Source: Phoronis australis (taxonomy: Eukaryota; Animalia; Phoronida). Taken from it: a stretch of 64,000 nt of DNA. Numbering within the stretch: the first letter of the stretch is position 1; each line of letters starts with the position of its first letter. Positions 12,301 through 24,026 of this stretch are shown in pieces. The stretch spans positions 731,895 through 795,894 of the forward strand of contig NMRA01000089.1 of NCBI GenBank assembly GCA_002633005.1, given 5' to 3'. The position numbers and the translations under genes were made by a program. Under the pieces are notes generated by a model that did not search any database, was not told the DNA's origin, and was given only the letters and a program-made list of their open reading frames with translations.

Positions 12301-14159
12301 TACTGCCTTAGTAGTGCACACTTTCAGCATGACTCTGCAAGTTCGAGTCATTCCACTGAGAATGGCCATAAGATTTTCTAATTATTAAGTACGGCAAGAT
12401 GTACCACAGAATAATTTGGGGCAAAACGTAGAATAACTGTAGCCCTACATTTACAGAACATCGTCAACTTATCAGTTCTGTGTGGAAACCCAGAAATCAT
12501 CCTCATCTGAGTATAGAACAAGTCTCTATGCCAACTTTATAGTCAGGCATCGTAAAACTTTCAACTCGAGTTGAATTTCGAAATTTTGAGCCGATGACTG
12601 TTAAATCATTTGACCCTGCATGAGATTTGAGCTTTTTGCAAAACAATGTGACATCATTCTACCCATGTATCACATATCACCTTCATTACCAGAACTTGAT
12701 ACCTCAACCACAGTCGACTAGATAGGGTGACTAATTGCCAGTAAGGCCTGGGGGCAGGGGTACTCGCTGACTATTTTTTTCACAAGGAGGTGTAACTGGA
12801 AAATAAGGATACCCATCCATTTAGAGAGTGGGCTCGAAAAAAGGTCCATTGAAAACTAAAGTAACCCTTTCAAAGAGTTTGTTCCAGAATCGACCACTCT
12901 CATTTTTCGCACGGTTTCTTACTAGACAATTAGGCCTTGTCCTAGGTTAACCCTGAAACAACACATGAACTGGCAGATGTCATATTGCAGGAGTCATTTT
13001 AGAAAAAAAAACGTGGGTAGGAGTCAACTGACCCACATGGCCTCAATTCTATGGTCCAATTTTTAGGATCTAGGCCTATGTGTGCCAGGTTAGACTAATG
13101 TCTATCCGACATTTTCGATTTGATTTTTGAGGTGTGGCATTTAAATGAGCGTGATTTCGCTTGCTATGTTGGGATATCATTTTCGTAAAATGCTAGTCCC
13201 CATCTGGCTAAAATTGTTGTTTAGATCAGCTGCTCTGCGAGATTCTGAATGCAATGCGTTTATATTATTCAATACAATTAAATCAGCCGGCGAAATTGTG
13301 ACAGGTGCAGTAGCAATCATATAGTGCGTCAGGGGTAGTTTGTCCAGCACATTGTCAAAGTGGATACATCTTTTGAAACCAAGATTCTGAAAAAACAGAC
13401 AGACTAATATTAAAAAAAACTTCAATAGATTTGTGAATTTGGAATCGTATTTGGGCATTAGACGCGGTTTCACTGAATTCCCGTTCATACTGAGGAATTA
13501 AATAGGAAAAGGTATAATCATTTCGTTGGGAATTTTGTTAGAAAAGAACTCTTTCGGTCCTGAAAATAACACCTCTCTAAGCGGTCTTCAGTCGTGCGTC
13601 TTCAGTCTTCTGCAGTACCCCAAGTGGGGGAACTTTGACTCGGCGCCGAATATTGCTCTTCAACATTGAGGCTGTCATAAGACTACTCTAGCTACCGAGA
13701 CTGGTCGTCTCCCGGGGGTCGTCGACTCGTGATGTAGTATCAGACTTCATCAAAGTCACTGAGCAACTGAAGATATGATCACATCACATCATCTGATCCC
13801 TGCTTCTTGACCTACTTGGCGTCATGTCCCAGTGCGTCATCGTGATCACAACAACAGTCGGTGCCGGGCACATGTACTTCATACATAGAGCTTGTGTGGA
13901 TGTGAGCTCGTGGGGGAGTTTTCTCGGGCCCATTATTCGGTCAAAGGCGCCTAACGTGCTTGCCAATTACCTCAGACCAGACCATCAAACTTTATTGGTC
14001 TTAGCTAGTCATAACTGAATACGCACTGGGTCTTCTCATTACGTCTTTTGTGCCACGTTTAATTTACTCACCAAGAATGGCAAATCCAACGACGACATTT
14101 ATCTTCGCAAAGTGTCCAATACGTTCCCAATCGTACGCCGAAAGATCAAAATCAGTCAT
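6375..14159 (-). CDS. Retinol dehydrogenase 11/12/13/14-like classical SDR (paralogue A), 7 exons
   Basis: Exons 14159-14072, 12129-11992, 9982-9791, 9077-8919, 8172-8053, 7584-7383, 6486-6375, all GT-AG with consistent phase. Motifs: N-terminal hydrophobic anchor, [58 protein letters not shown], catalytic YTQSK, C-terminal AERLWNIS. Confidence 0.9.
10075..10760. mobile_element. Old foldback/MITE-like element with ~170-bp degenerate inverted arms
   Basis: gacgcataatccccctcctggaccacttttcccgttccgcagacata (~10126-10172) matches the reverse complement of tatgtttgcgagacgcgaaaattggtccagggattatgcgtc (~10659-10700). Weaker similarity extends on both sides. Confidence 0.55.
11209..11421. mobile_element. 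MITE (213 bp) with long TIRs
   Basis: Perfect 29-bp TIR aacgccaaagggttcttaaacgagtacct / aggtactcgtttaagaaccctttggcgtt, extending imperfectly to ~60 bp. Flanks tatatgc / tatatgt resemble a TSD. Confidence 0.85.
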
Positions 14160-14593
14160 GTCGTCAAGCATTAACGGCAACGTTGCATAAACAGCCGCAC
14201 GTCTGTACCTGGCCTTTGCGGTTTGACCGGGAGTGTTTCATTACTTATTGTTTATAATGAGTCTTCATGTTGTCCTCTGCTGTGCTGTGAATGATCGTTA
14301 GCGGAGGTCACTGGCCTTGTTTGCGTATTCCATTAGCATGAACCACGCGTTACCTAACTACCACGCACGTTAATTACCCTTGAAAACAAAATAACCTCAA
14401 GACTTAGTTGTAAACTGAACGACCAACCAGCATATTAAACTGCAAGGTTGGGCGAATATCTGCCACCGCGGCCAGCATTACGTAACCTTTGACCTCGCAT
14501 TCAGCGACCTTTGACATTGATATCCTAGCGGCGAGGTTTCTTGGTGTCCGTTCTCACAGATTTGCCGGTCCGAAAAGATTGAGACAGCAAAAT
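14160..14593. promoter_or_regulatory. Bidirectional promoter/5' UTR region shared by the two RDH-like genes
   Basis: Divergent ATGs lie 434 bp apart. Contains IR1-like AGGTCAcTGGCCT (14305-14317) and DR1-like TAACCTtTGACCT (14483-14495) and CGACCTtTGACAT (14505-14517). Confidence 0.65.
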
Positions 14594-17500
14594 ATGGTTG
14601 AAGTATCTACGGAAATTTACTTATTCCTGATCCCCGTAACAGGTATACATTTCAAACAGAGCTAGCATTCTCTCACAATTGAGTTCCAGAGCAGCCGACT
14701 GAGTGATCAGCCGATCTTGAATCACGCCATGTTCAGGCGAACCACGCGAGTTGGCGAGTTTGGCTGGGGAGACCTTTGATTAGTGTCTCCAAAAGTGGCA
14801 TTTTGTGAATGTCTTGCGTCACGAAGTATGTTGAGCATATTGATTTTAAACTGGCCCCTCATACAGATATTAATTAAACTGTTAAATGACATGCTACCTG
14901 ATCTTCCAGTTTCAATCCCACTTCTCTTAATTGAAATCACAAGTCAGTTTCGTTCCTTGGCAATACATGGCTTGAGCCTTGACCATACGCTTGACCAGAG
15001 TAACAGTGTTAGGCCTACTACGGGTTAAGGTAACAAAATGTACAAAGGTCATTTTCTCCATTTTCGTTCAATGTATTTTTAGTTGTGCAGTCAGCCGTTG
15101 CACCCACTTCTTCACATTTTTTAATTTTTTTATTTCATTAGCAGACAATACATGTGTCTGCCTTCTAATCATTAATCAAAAACATTATACAGACGCGGGT
15201 AAACAGAGTGTTGCTGTTACTTTGATGGAATCGAGCAAATAAAGCAGCTAAGGTTTAACGGCTGAAATTACTCAACATTATTTCAGTTCTGGTACTGTAC
15301 GTCATCAGGAAAATTGCTGTTGGACCATCATGCACTTCAACGCGGAGATTGAATGGCCAGACTGTTGTTATTACGGGAGCTGACTGTGGAATAGGGAAGG
15401 AGACAGCCAGAGATCTGGCACACAGAGGTTAGATTGTGTCACTGCCATGTGTTCAATTTTACGATCTGTAAAATCTTACCAGTTGGTGTGAAAATAATAA
15501 CAGGTTTTATCGAAGGTGTAAAGTAGCTGCGTCGGAAAACTTTCATTTTGGTAATAGTCACGTGAAGTGTCCTGGATTTTTAGAACGTCCTGTTTGATGC
15601 AGCGATCATTCAATGGAGATTAAACCTGTGGCCTGTTCCAAGAAAACTGACTTAGTGAGGACAAAGTCTTAAATTTCAGATAATTTTGATAGAAAACTTA
15701 AATTTGTCTCGTTTCAAGGAAAAGAGAACTTAAATTTTCAAGTCTTAAGTTTTGTCTTAATTGATTTTAACTATCTTACCGGATGTTGAAATTTCAAAGT
15801 TTGGAAGTTAAATCTCAGACTTAAGTCAGTTTCTTGGAAGTGGTCCCTGGGGTACTCAAAATGTTGGAACCTTGTAAGTGACTGTTACCATCATTTAGGC
15901 TTGGCCTGTTCACAAAATGGTAAAATATCTACAATTTAACCACAAGGGCACATTTCTCTGACTACAAATTGCCCTCACTGGTATGATCGATCTGTATTTC
16001 ATGACCTTTTTGTATTAATTTACATGTAAATGTACACATTTGCTGAGAAGCTCAGAGCACCTGAGCAGCTGGAGTTGTTTCTAAGCCAAAGTTAATGTAC
16101 ATGTTTTGGTTGCTTTTTTGAATTTCCAACATTTTACTCTCCTGCCTTTCTCATACCCAATAGGTGCAAGACTTGTGATTGGAAGTCATGACCTGGCCTT
16201 GGCCAATCAGGTTGTTGAAGAACTACGTCAAGAAACTGGTAATAAACAGATTGTAGTACATTACGTAGAACTGGCCTCTCTCAAGTCTGTGAGGGAGTTT
16301 GCTGAAGAAATCAAAAGAACAGAGAGCAGGCTTGATTTGCTCATCAACAATGCAGGTACTACCACTGTTGTCTGGGTTAAGGCTCGTTCTCTACTTACCG
16401 CCCTCTCCGTAAATTTCCAATTTCCCATTCTCGCCTTACCACCCATCCCCAATGTATACTACTAGGGCTTCTTTAAACTTGCCTGTGTCTGTGAATGCCC
16501 ATCTCATCAGAGTGTTTGCTCCCAAAAATTCTGCAACCCACCTTTGAGTAACAAACAGTGGCTTCAGTGGAACCTTGCCTTGTTCAGAATGGAAATAAGG
16601 CCCAAGCTAAGCTCAAGGCTTGAAATTTTCTGCGGAAACGCGGATTTCCGCTTTTTTCAAATGTTCTGTCCACGCATTTTCTTATATTTCCGCGTAAAAA
16701 AAAATCAGATTTGATATAAAATTTCCGCGGCAAATTTCTTTCTTACCGCGGCGTTGTAGACGACGTTCACCTCGAAAAGCGGAAGTTGCTCTTTATGTTT
16801 CGGAGGAACGTAAATTGTCAACATTGCCGGGACATCTGGGATAGCGTGGTGGGATTTTCAATGGCGTCTCGTGTGATTGTAAACCGCGGTGACAAATACT
16901 ACGGCTCTGCAGCCAAAAATGTGCTGGTTGGGAGTGGACGGAAGAGCAGACGCATGCTACTGATGGTGGTAACGTTGTTTTTTTTTAGTCCTCCCGATTT
17001 TTGTCGGCGAAAGGTTTTCACATCGACCATTTCAAGGCTGGGTAGCGCGCATGTTTTGGGCCGTAAAAGTTTCCGCGTTTTTTGTGATCAGTCATTCCAA
17101 GCCCTGTAAGCTTAATACTCACACTCTGATCTTAAGGGCCCCAAGTTAACAGGCCTGGGTGGTAACCTAGATGAGTATGATAAGTTTCAAGCTACCAGTT
17201 GGAGTGATGTGTTACTTTTCTGAATCTACTGAATAAATTTATAATATTAGATTTAATGGCATTACCATGAATTGTGTGAATGCCTGCATTCTCTAAATTT
17301 CAGAGAACCCGTTAAAAAGAAAGAGTTAGTAGCTCTTCACAAATGCTTCTTATCATGGAATAAAAATGATTGTAATTGTTTACCTATTATGCATGTTCTT
17401 TTACCAATGAATTAGTGAATAAACAAATGCATTATATGTTTTGGATTATCCTGTCGCACCTTTGCATGCATAACTATTATTCCCAATTGACGATAGCGAT

Positions 17501-20156
17501 AAGATCAAAGTAAGTGTTCCACCAAGTCTCGTGGATTTGCCATTGTGGATGCAAATGCCTGGTTTATTTGTGACCGCTGAGAGGAAAACAAGACATCAAC
17601 TTTGGCAAATGTAACACACATTCCATAGTCTTAAACGAGTAACATTTCTGCCTTATTTCCAGTGAGTGTGACTTATGAACTAGGTTTTATGATTTGATCT
17701 CTGTCAATTCCAGACCAGCACCCAAAACCAGTTGTGCTGTAAGTTTCTCTGTCCCTGTTCTTATCGAGACTCTGTACAAGTCATGTTTTAAGAAAAGTGA
17801 CTTAGCTATGACAAACCTTTCAGCCAATTTTAAGTTAAAATTTGAATTTGTGTCAAGTCCGTTTCAAGAAATAGATCTTAAGTTTGACTTAAAGTTTTCG
17901 ACTTTAGTCTTGTGCTAATTTTGACTAATTTACTGGATGTGGAAGTTTCAAAGTTTGAAAACCGAGACAAATCTTAGACTTAAGTAAAAAATGAACTTAT
18001 GTCAGTTTCTTAGAACAGTCCCCCTGATCTTCCAATTCCTAACACAGACTTTCTTCTGAAACTTTTCACGTTTGGTTTGCTAAAATTGTTCCCGGTTATG
18101 ACATTCCTCACGTTGGCTCAAAATGTCGTTCCTTGTTGCAGGGTGCATCACTGCTGCCAAGGCTACTACTGAAGATGGATATGAGTACAGATTCGGTGTT
18201 AACTACCTGTCACATTTTCTTCTAACCTACCTGCTGCTAGATATGTTGAAGAAAACGGCTCCCAGTAGGATTGTTACCCTGTCATCTAGTGCTCACAACT
18301 GTAGGTATCTCAAGACAATTCACCATGACGCTGTCAACTTAATAAACTCATTAGAAACGCATTTTTATCCTAGTTCAATTGAATTGTGTGCGAATTTGTT
18401 TGTACCATTCTGCAATTTTGTGAAAAACATCCCAGATATTTGTGGGTTTTTACGAAAATTTTATTGTAAATTTTCAAGCCAAGTGTCTTGTGGAATATTC
18501 TGCATTGTAGATTGTTTTAAACCTTGAACCTTGTAGTTGCGTTCTTTGACTTGGACAACTTCAACACGCCGAAGTATCACTGGACGGAGTATGCTTACTG
18601 CACATCCAAACTATGCAACATCCTGTTCACACGCCAGTTGGCCAAGAAGCTGACAGGCACTGGAGTCACCACCTACGCCGTCCATCCGAGTCTAACCAGC
18701 TCGAAGATTTTCGAGAACGCCAGCGTGTTCCTCAAGTGTATCTCAATATTGCTAGTCTTCTTTTCTAAGAACAACAAGCAGGGTGCCCAAACCACACTCC
18801 ACTGTGCCCTGGATGATTCAGTAAAAGACCATAGTGGACGTTACTACAGGTGGGTTAATCTTGCATGCTTGTCCCATTCAAGGGCGTGATTTTTGGGTGT
18901 GTGGGTACTCATATGGTGATTATTGACACGAAACCTTTTTGACACGGAATTCGTGGAAAGCACCACATTTCTGTTTTTTTTTGCAATTGAAACGTTGCAG
19001 TCCAACAATACTAAGCTGCCATCTGGACTACACTTAAGGTGTATTGACATGCTTCAATGTTAAAATATTTCAGGATCTAAGCTGCAGGGCTATTTTAACA
19101 TAAGGTATGCTAACCAAGTTGTACTTGAATACGTAGATAAGTTGTTAGTAGGTAATGTGAAAATAAAAAATTGTATCATGCAGTGTTACTCCAACACCAC
19201 ACCCTAGAACTAATTGTACACGATTCTGTAATTTATGGCAGAACATTATCACCATAACTTACACATTAAAATATGTTGTATTTTATAACCACATAAGTAA
19301 ATGATTTGCCTTCAAATTCCACTTTAAATCACAATATTTTACGTAGCTTCTTAGTGATATGTACAAGAATGATGATATTTCGTGGGATAGTATCATATCA
19401 TCAAGTCAGCTAAATAGAATTAAGCACAACACAACCCCTTCTGTTGTAAAATATTGTCTCATCTTGTCTCTTAATCAGATTAGAAGTAATTTGTAAGGCT
19501 TTAGAAGCACTGATTGGTTATTATAATTTCAGAGTAGTTTCTGTCGCCATGTTGGTATGGTCATAAGGGGAATTTCAGGCATTTTTTGTGACCAATTTCA
19601 GTTAGGAAAAGATGAGAAAGCAATGACTGCTTTGAAGAGTAAATATGCACGTGAAGAAAGTTTGTTTTGAACACCAGAACTTCCTTATTGCAGCTTAAGA
19701 ATTTGATTTTCTCCGTGTGATGCAGAACTTCAAAATCATTTGACTTCTTGTTCCTGTTTACTAATCTTTAGCAACAAGGTCATTGAATTTATTTTTTGGA
19801 CAGGCCTTCTTGAAAAAATGTGCTGCAAATTCACTCATGCATGAAACAGCCATACTAATTATTTTGATTACATAGCAAAAGGAAAGAAGTGTTTTCTAGA
19901 GTGGGAGTTCCAGCACCCAAATCAGACGGAATAAAACAATGGTTTCAAAAATGTCAGTTTAATTTGTTGCAGTTGATATCTCGTAATGTGCAATCAACAT
20001 AAACCAAAGTAAGTGTTCTTCTAACCTTGATTCTCATACAGTCAATGCCGTGAAGCGTGGACTGCTCCCAATGTGACGGACAGCAATGCTGAAAAGCTAT
20101 GGAACAGAACACTAGAGATGCTCGACCTACCAGACCTTGATGTGACTAGGAAGTAA
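14594..20156 (+). CDS. Retinol dehydrogenase 11/12/13/14-like classical SDR (paralogue B), 6 exons
   Basis: Exons 14594-14642, 15287-15427, 16164-16355, 18142-18300, 18537-18849, 20042-20156, all GT-AG and phase-consistent. Motifs: LNGQTVVITGADCGIGKETARDLA, ELASLKSVREFA, RLDLLINNAG, FGVNYLSHFLLT, catalytic YCTSK, GAQTTLHCA, AEKLWN. Confidence 0.9.
15629..15846. mobile_element. PIF/Harbinger-like MITE family A, copy 1
   Basis: TIRs ggcctgttccaagaaaactgactta / taagtcagtttcttggaagtggtcc, flanked by CTG on both sides. Homologous to 17779-18023 and 40046-40297. Confidence 0.75.
16614..17106. mobile_element. hAT-like MITE (493 bp)
   Basis: Ends caaggcttgaaa / attccaagccctg, subterminal ttccgcg repeats, direct flank TAAGCT at 16608-16613 and 17107-17112. 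Confidence 0.7.
17779..18023. mobile_element. PIF/Harbinger-like MITE family A, copy 2
   Basis: tgttttaagaaaagtgacttagc ... ggaagtttcaaagtttgaaaaccgagacaaatcttagactt ... gtcagtttcttagaacagtcccc|ctg, collinear with 40046-40297. Confidence 0.75.
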
Positions 20157-21474
20157 ACGTCATTGCTGGATTCATGAAAAGAACACCACGGTGACACCCC
20201 AGCCGGTCGGTTTAAGGCAAAACCACGGTTTGGTTTACCTCTATCTTCAAAGAAACAATCCCATTGTAGCTGATGTTATACTTCTCCAGAAATTAACTTA
20301 ATGTGTGACCAAGTGTGTAGCTGCCCCCTATGACTACTGAAGAACATTGTTAACAACTCTGTCCTTTTCCGTAGAAAGTAATCCACAGCCAGTTTTCCAC
20401 TTCAGCAATTGTACCTAGACACAACACAATAAACCAGTTACCCAGGGTCATAAACCTACTGTTGGAAATGGAAGTAAGCCAAGAGTCACAGTGGAGTTCT
20501 GGTATTGTCTTAAATTGCTGTCATATGACCAATATTTTAACATTCACACCACCTCATAATGACTTTTTTGTAATGTACTGTTGCAAGTTTACTGTTAATA
20601 GCAGAATGTTAAAGACATATTGCAGAATCCAAAAAAATATTGATATTTATTGTTGATAATGAAAAAATTATTTTGTATAGATAGGCCAACCTGAAATGGA
20701 GAATTGTGTTGTTGTATCAAGCATTATCCGAGTCATTATGAACATTTTGATTCGACTCTTTTGAATGTTTAGAGATTTAATATGACAACAAACTAATGTG
20801 CTTTATGTTTATTTCCACTGTTGTGTTTTTGGAAGTGTGACTGTAGTTTTTTGACAGGCTTGAATTCTTTTTATTTTGGTTACCAACTTTATTTCTGTGT
20901 TGACTTCCGTCATTGACAATCTGCCTTGCACTTTGAATGCATGTGAAACCAAAACATGTTGTTTTTTACTATGGCTGTGTGTCAAACATTAAGTAGATGG
21001 TGTTCTTAGAATGTTGAGATGCCAGTCATGTAATGTAGTCTCATTGGTTAGTGTGAGGTACATATTTACTGAATGATCAGAGTTCTGTAGATGTCTTTTG
21101 CGAGTAAAGCAAGATCACGAAACATCACGCAAAACCTTACTTATAACCTAACAAAATGGCGGCCACTAGTGTTACTCAGTGAGGTTTCAATGTTGAATTG
21201 TGGGACTGAATTATTGTATTATGGGATAAATTCAGTTCCTGCTGTATAAAGGAAGATTTCCTGTTGCAGGGGCATGGTTAATGTCTTGAGTCTACAGAAC
21301 ACAGCCCTGGTGAATCATACCTGATAGAACTTTCCTTAAACGGAGTTCACACTGTAATGGCACCCTGTGGTCAAAATTACTACCTAGTAAAAATTCTCAA
21401 GCATTTGTGTTTATAATCTTGTGAGCATTGCAAAATTGAAAAATCTTATGAGAATAAAAAGAGTGTCTCGATTT

Positions 21475-23145
21475 TTGTATTTTCTGGTCATGCTTGAACA
21501 AAAACCATTGTTCTCATGTGATGTGCAGAACATGCATTAAATCAATCAAAAGAAGAAAACATTAGTTTAACAGTTTGTTCCCCATATTCCATAAGTATGC
21601 TCACATACATGGGATTTGGTGACACCGGCCTCCCGTTCAGTAACACTAGGACCTCGCTAAAAAGCATGACTTTACGAGATATTAGCATGTATTTTAAATG
21701 AGAAACGCGTGACTTTGGCTACATTTTAGCTAGGTCCTAGCGTAGGTCGTAACATTACTGAATGCATGCCAGTTTGGTTTCAGATGCAACTCACTAATGC
21801 AATGCAGATTCTTACAAATGACTGATGACTCTAACTCTATGGAAAGAATCAAGTTTTTAATAACCACATCAGCTCATTCAGCACATAGTACTATCATAAA
21901 TTGCTTTAAAAAATGCACAGCTTCCCATTTTCACAATAGCTGATATTACATAAAATACACATGTGTTACTTATCCGAGTGGAAAACGTCACATTTGGCAA
22001 AAAAACACGGTTGTTTCTAGTCCAAGACCAAACCTCAACAACAAAAAATAAACTGCGATCGGCATCGGTTTCAGTCTACATCTATTTTTGGCCGCATACA
22101 CCAAGACATGTAAGCTAGGGTAAGCGACAAGGTTTGGGCAGGTTTTTGTTTTTTGGTGATGTAGAATGAATATCTGAAAAAATAAGTAACCAGAACCAAC
22201 TATGGATTTTTGGCCTTAAACGTAGGCTAAATGAAGTAAAAGGAATTTATGCATGCATTGGTCACCTCGGATCCTCAGTATTTTGCGAATGCCTGTATAA
22301 AGAATTACGTGAGTACGCAAAATGTTGCAAAGATGCACATTCTTTAAAAACATCTATGGCTTCCCTAGTCAATTTGACTAGAAACCAAAGGCTTCCGTTT
22401 CAACAATCGACAAAAGACAATAACAGTTCCACTAAATCCAACGACAGGTGCATTAAATCCACAAGTATTTTCGTCAGTAACCTACATTTTTACATATGCA
22501 CCACTAAACCCAAACAAATTTCAGGAGTAATATTTTAAGGAGATTGTGAGACCTGTGTTCAAACTAAACATCAAGACAGCCCCGCATCCCGAGACATACG
22601 TAATGTTACTGTAAAAGAATGCACTTGGGGGCCCGAAAGCTTATATATAAAACACCTATATCTGGCAAGGGGCAAGTTTTTAAAATAGCATTTGTTGGCA
22701 ATTACTTGACTTTAACAAAATGGTAGATGTGTATATTATTTAAATGAAAAGGACCAAGAATGGACAAAAGACACAGAAGACAACCAGGTAACGACATGTT
22801 CATGAACAAAAGTTGGCCACCTGCGCATTAAAAGCGAATGTTAGGCTCATGTACCCATGTGCAAAACGAGGTAAAAAAAATCGCTTCCTCTAAGAAATAT
22901 TTTGGATAAATGTGCATGGGACTAAATACGTGCGCTTAACCAAAACCTATTGCGATGCTCCATAGTTTTCATCATGTAAACTGATCACTATTGCATCACA
23001 ATATGTCCAGCAGACGTGATGGAAAAATAGTTTTAAGACGTTTCACAACACGACTTGAGTTCAAACTAAAAAGCTTGAAATAAACTCTAGGCAGCGAAGT
23101 GGAATCTACACCCATCTGTACAGTACAGAAAAATCTCGCCAATTT
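21475..23145 (+). repeat. ~1.65-kb direct duplication, copy 1 (ends at the gap)
   Basis: Collinear with ~24027-25656 from ttgtattttctggtcatgcttgaac to aaaaatctcgccaattt, with scattered substitutions and small indels. Confidence 0.9.
21627..21771. mobile_element. Small palindromic MITE inside the duplicated block
   Basis: ttcagtaacactaggacctcgctaaaa ... ttttagctaggtcctagcgt...ttactgaa. The second copy (~24180-24288) is internally deleted. Confidence 0.55.
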
Positions 23146-23766
23146 NNNNNNNNNNNNNNNNNNNNNNNNNNNNNNNNNNNNNNNNNNNNNNNNNNNNNNN
23201 NNNNNNNNNNNNNNNNNNNNNNNNNNNNNNNNNNNNNNNNNNNNNNNNNNNNNNNNNNNNNNNNNNNNNNNNNNNNNNNNNNNNNNNNNNNNNNNNNNNN
23301 NNNNNNNNNNNNNNNNNNNNNNNNNNNNNNNNNNNNNNNNNNNNNNNNNNNNNNNNNNNNNNNNNNNNNNNNNNNNNNNNNNNNNNNNNNNNNNNNNNNN
23401 NNNNNNNNNNNNNNNNNNNNNNNNNNNNNNNNNNNNNNNNNNNNNNNNNNNNNNNNNNNNNNNNNNNNNNNNNNNNNNNNNNNNNNNNNNNNNNNNNNNN
23501 NNNNNNNNNNNNNNNNNNNNNNNNNNNNNNNNNNNNNNNNNNNNNNNNNNNNNNNNNNNNNNNNNNNNNNNNNNNNNNNNNNNNNNNNNNNNNNNNNNNN
23601 NNNNNNNNNNNNNNNNNNNNNNNNNNNNNNNNNNNNNNNNNNNNNNNNNNNNNNNNNNNNNNNNNNNNNNNNNNNNNNNNNNNNNNNNNNNNNNNNNNNN
23701 NNNNNNNNNNNNNNNNNNNNNNNNNNNNNNNNNNNNNNNNNNNNNNNNNNNNNNNNNNNNNNNNNN
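23146..23766. other. Assembly gap (N run)
   Basis: 621 consecutive N. Confidence 0.99.
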
Positions 23767-24026
23767 TTTTTTTGCGCCTATGGCTGTATCTCCTAAACCG
23801 TTCGCAGGATCTTTACGAAATTTAATAAGTGTAATTATATGATGTTAACAACAGACGATGACCTAGCCTATTGAGGAGACAATGACCATGCCTTTCCATT
23901 TTGCAAAGTACAACATACTACATATATGTCCTCTACTGGCCACTTTATGGTACCAATAAACAACCCTAGAAGGATACCGTATACGGTGCAATTGTGGGCG
24001 CATTTCAACACTCTGCGTTGCTCTTG

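Noticed and set aside
11830-12900. CCCGGGGG-type transposon ends at ~11873 and ~12748
   Set aside because: The ends face away from each other around an RDH exon and no partners or TSDs could be defined.
13570-14020. GC-richer segment with short ORFs in RDH-A intron 1
   Set aside because: No identifiable protein or RNA motif.
23099-23842. 247-aa ORF in the track
   Set aside because: Artefact of translating through the N gap.
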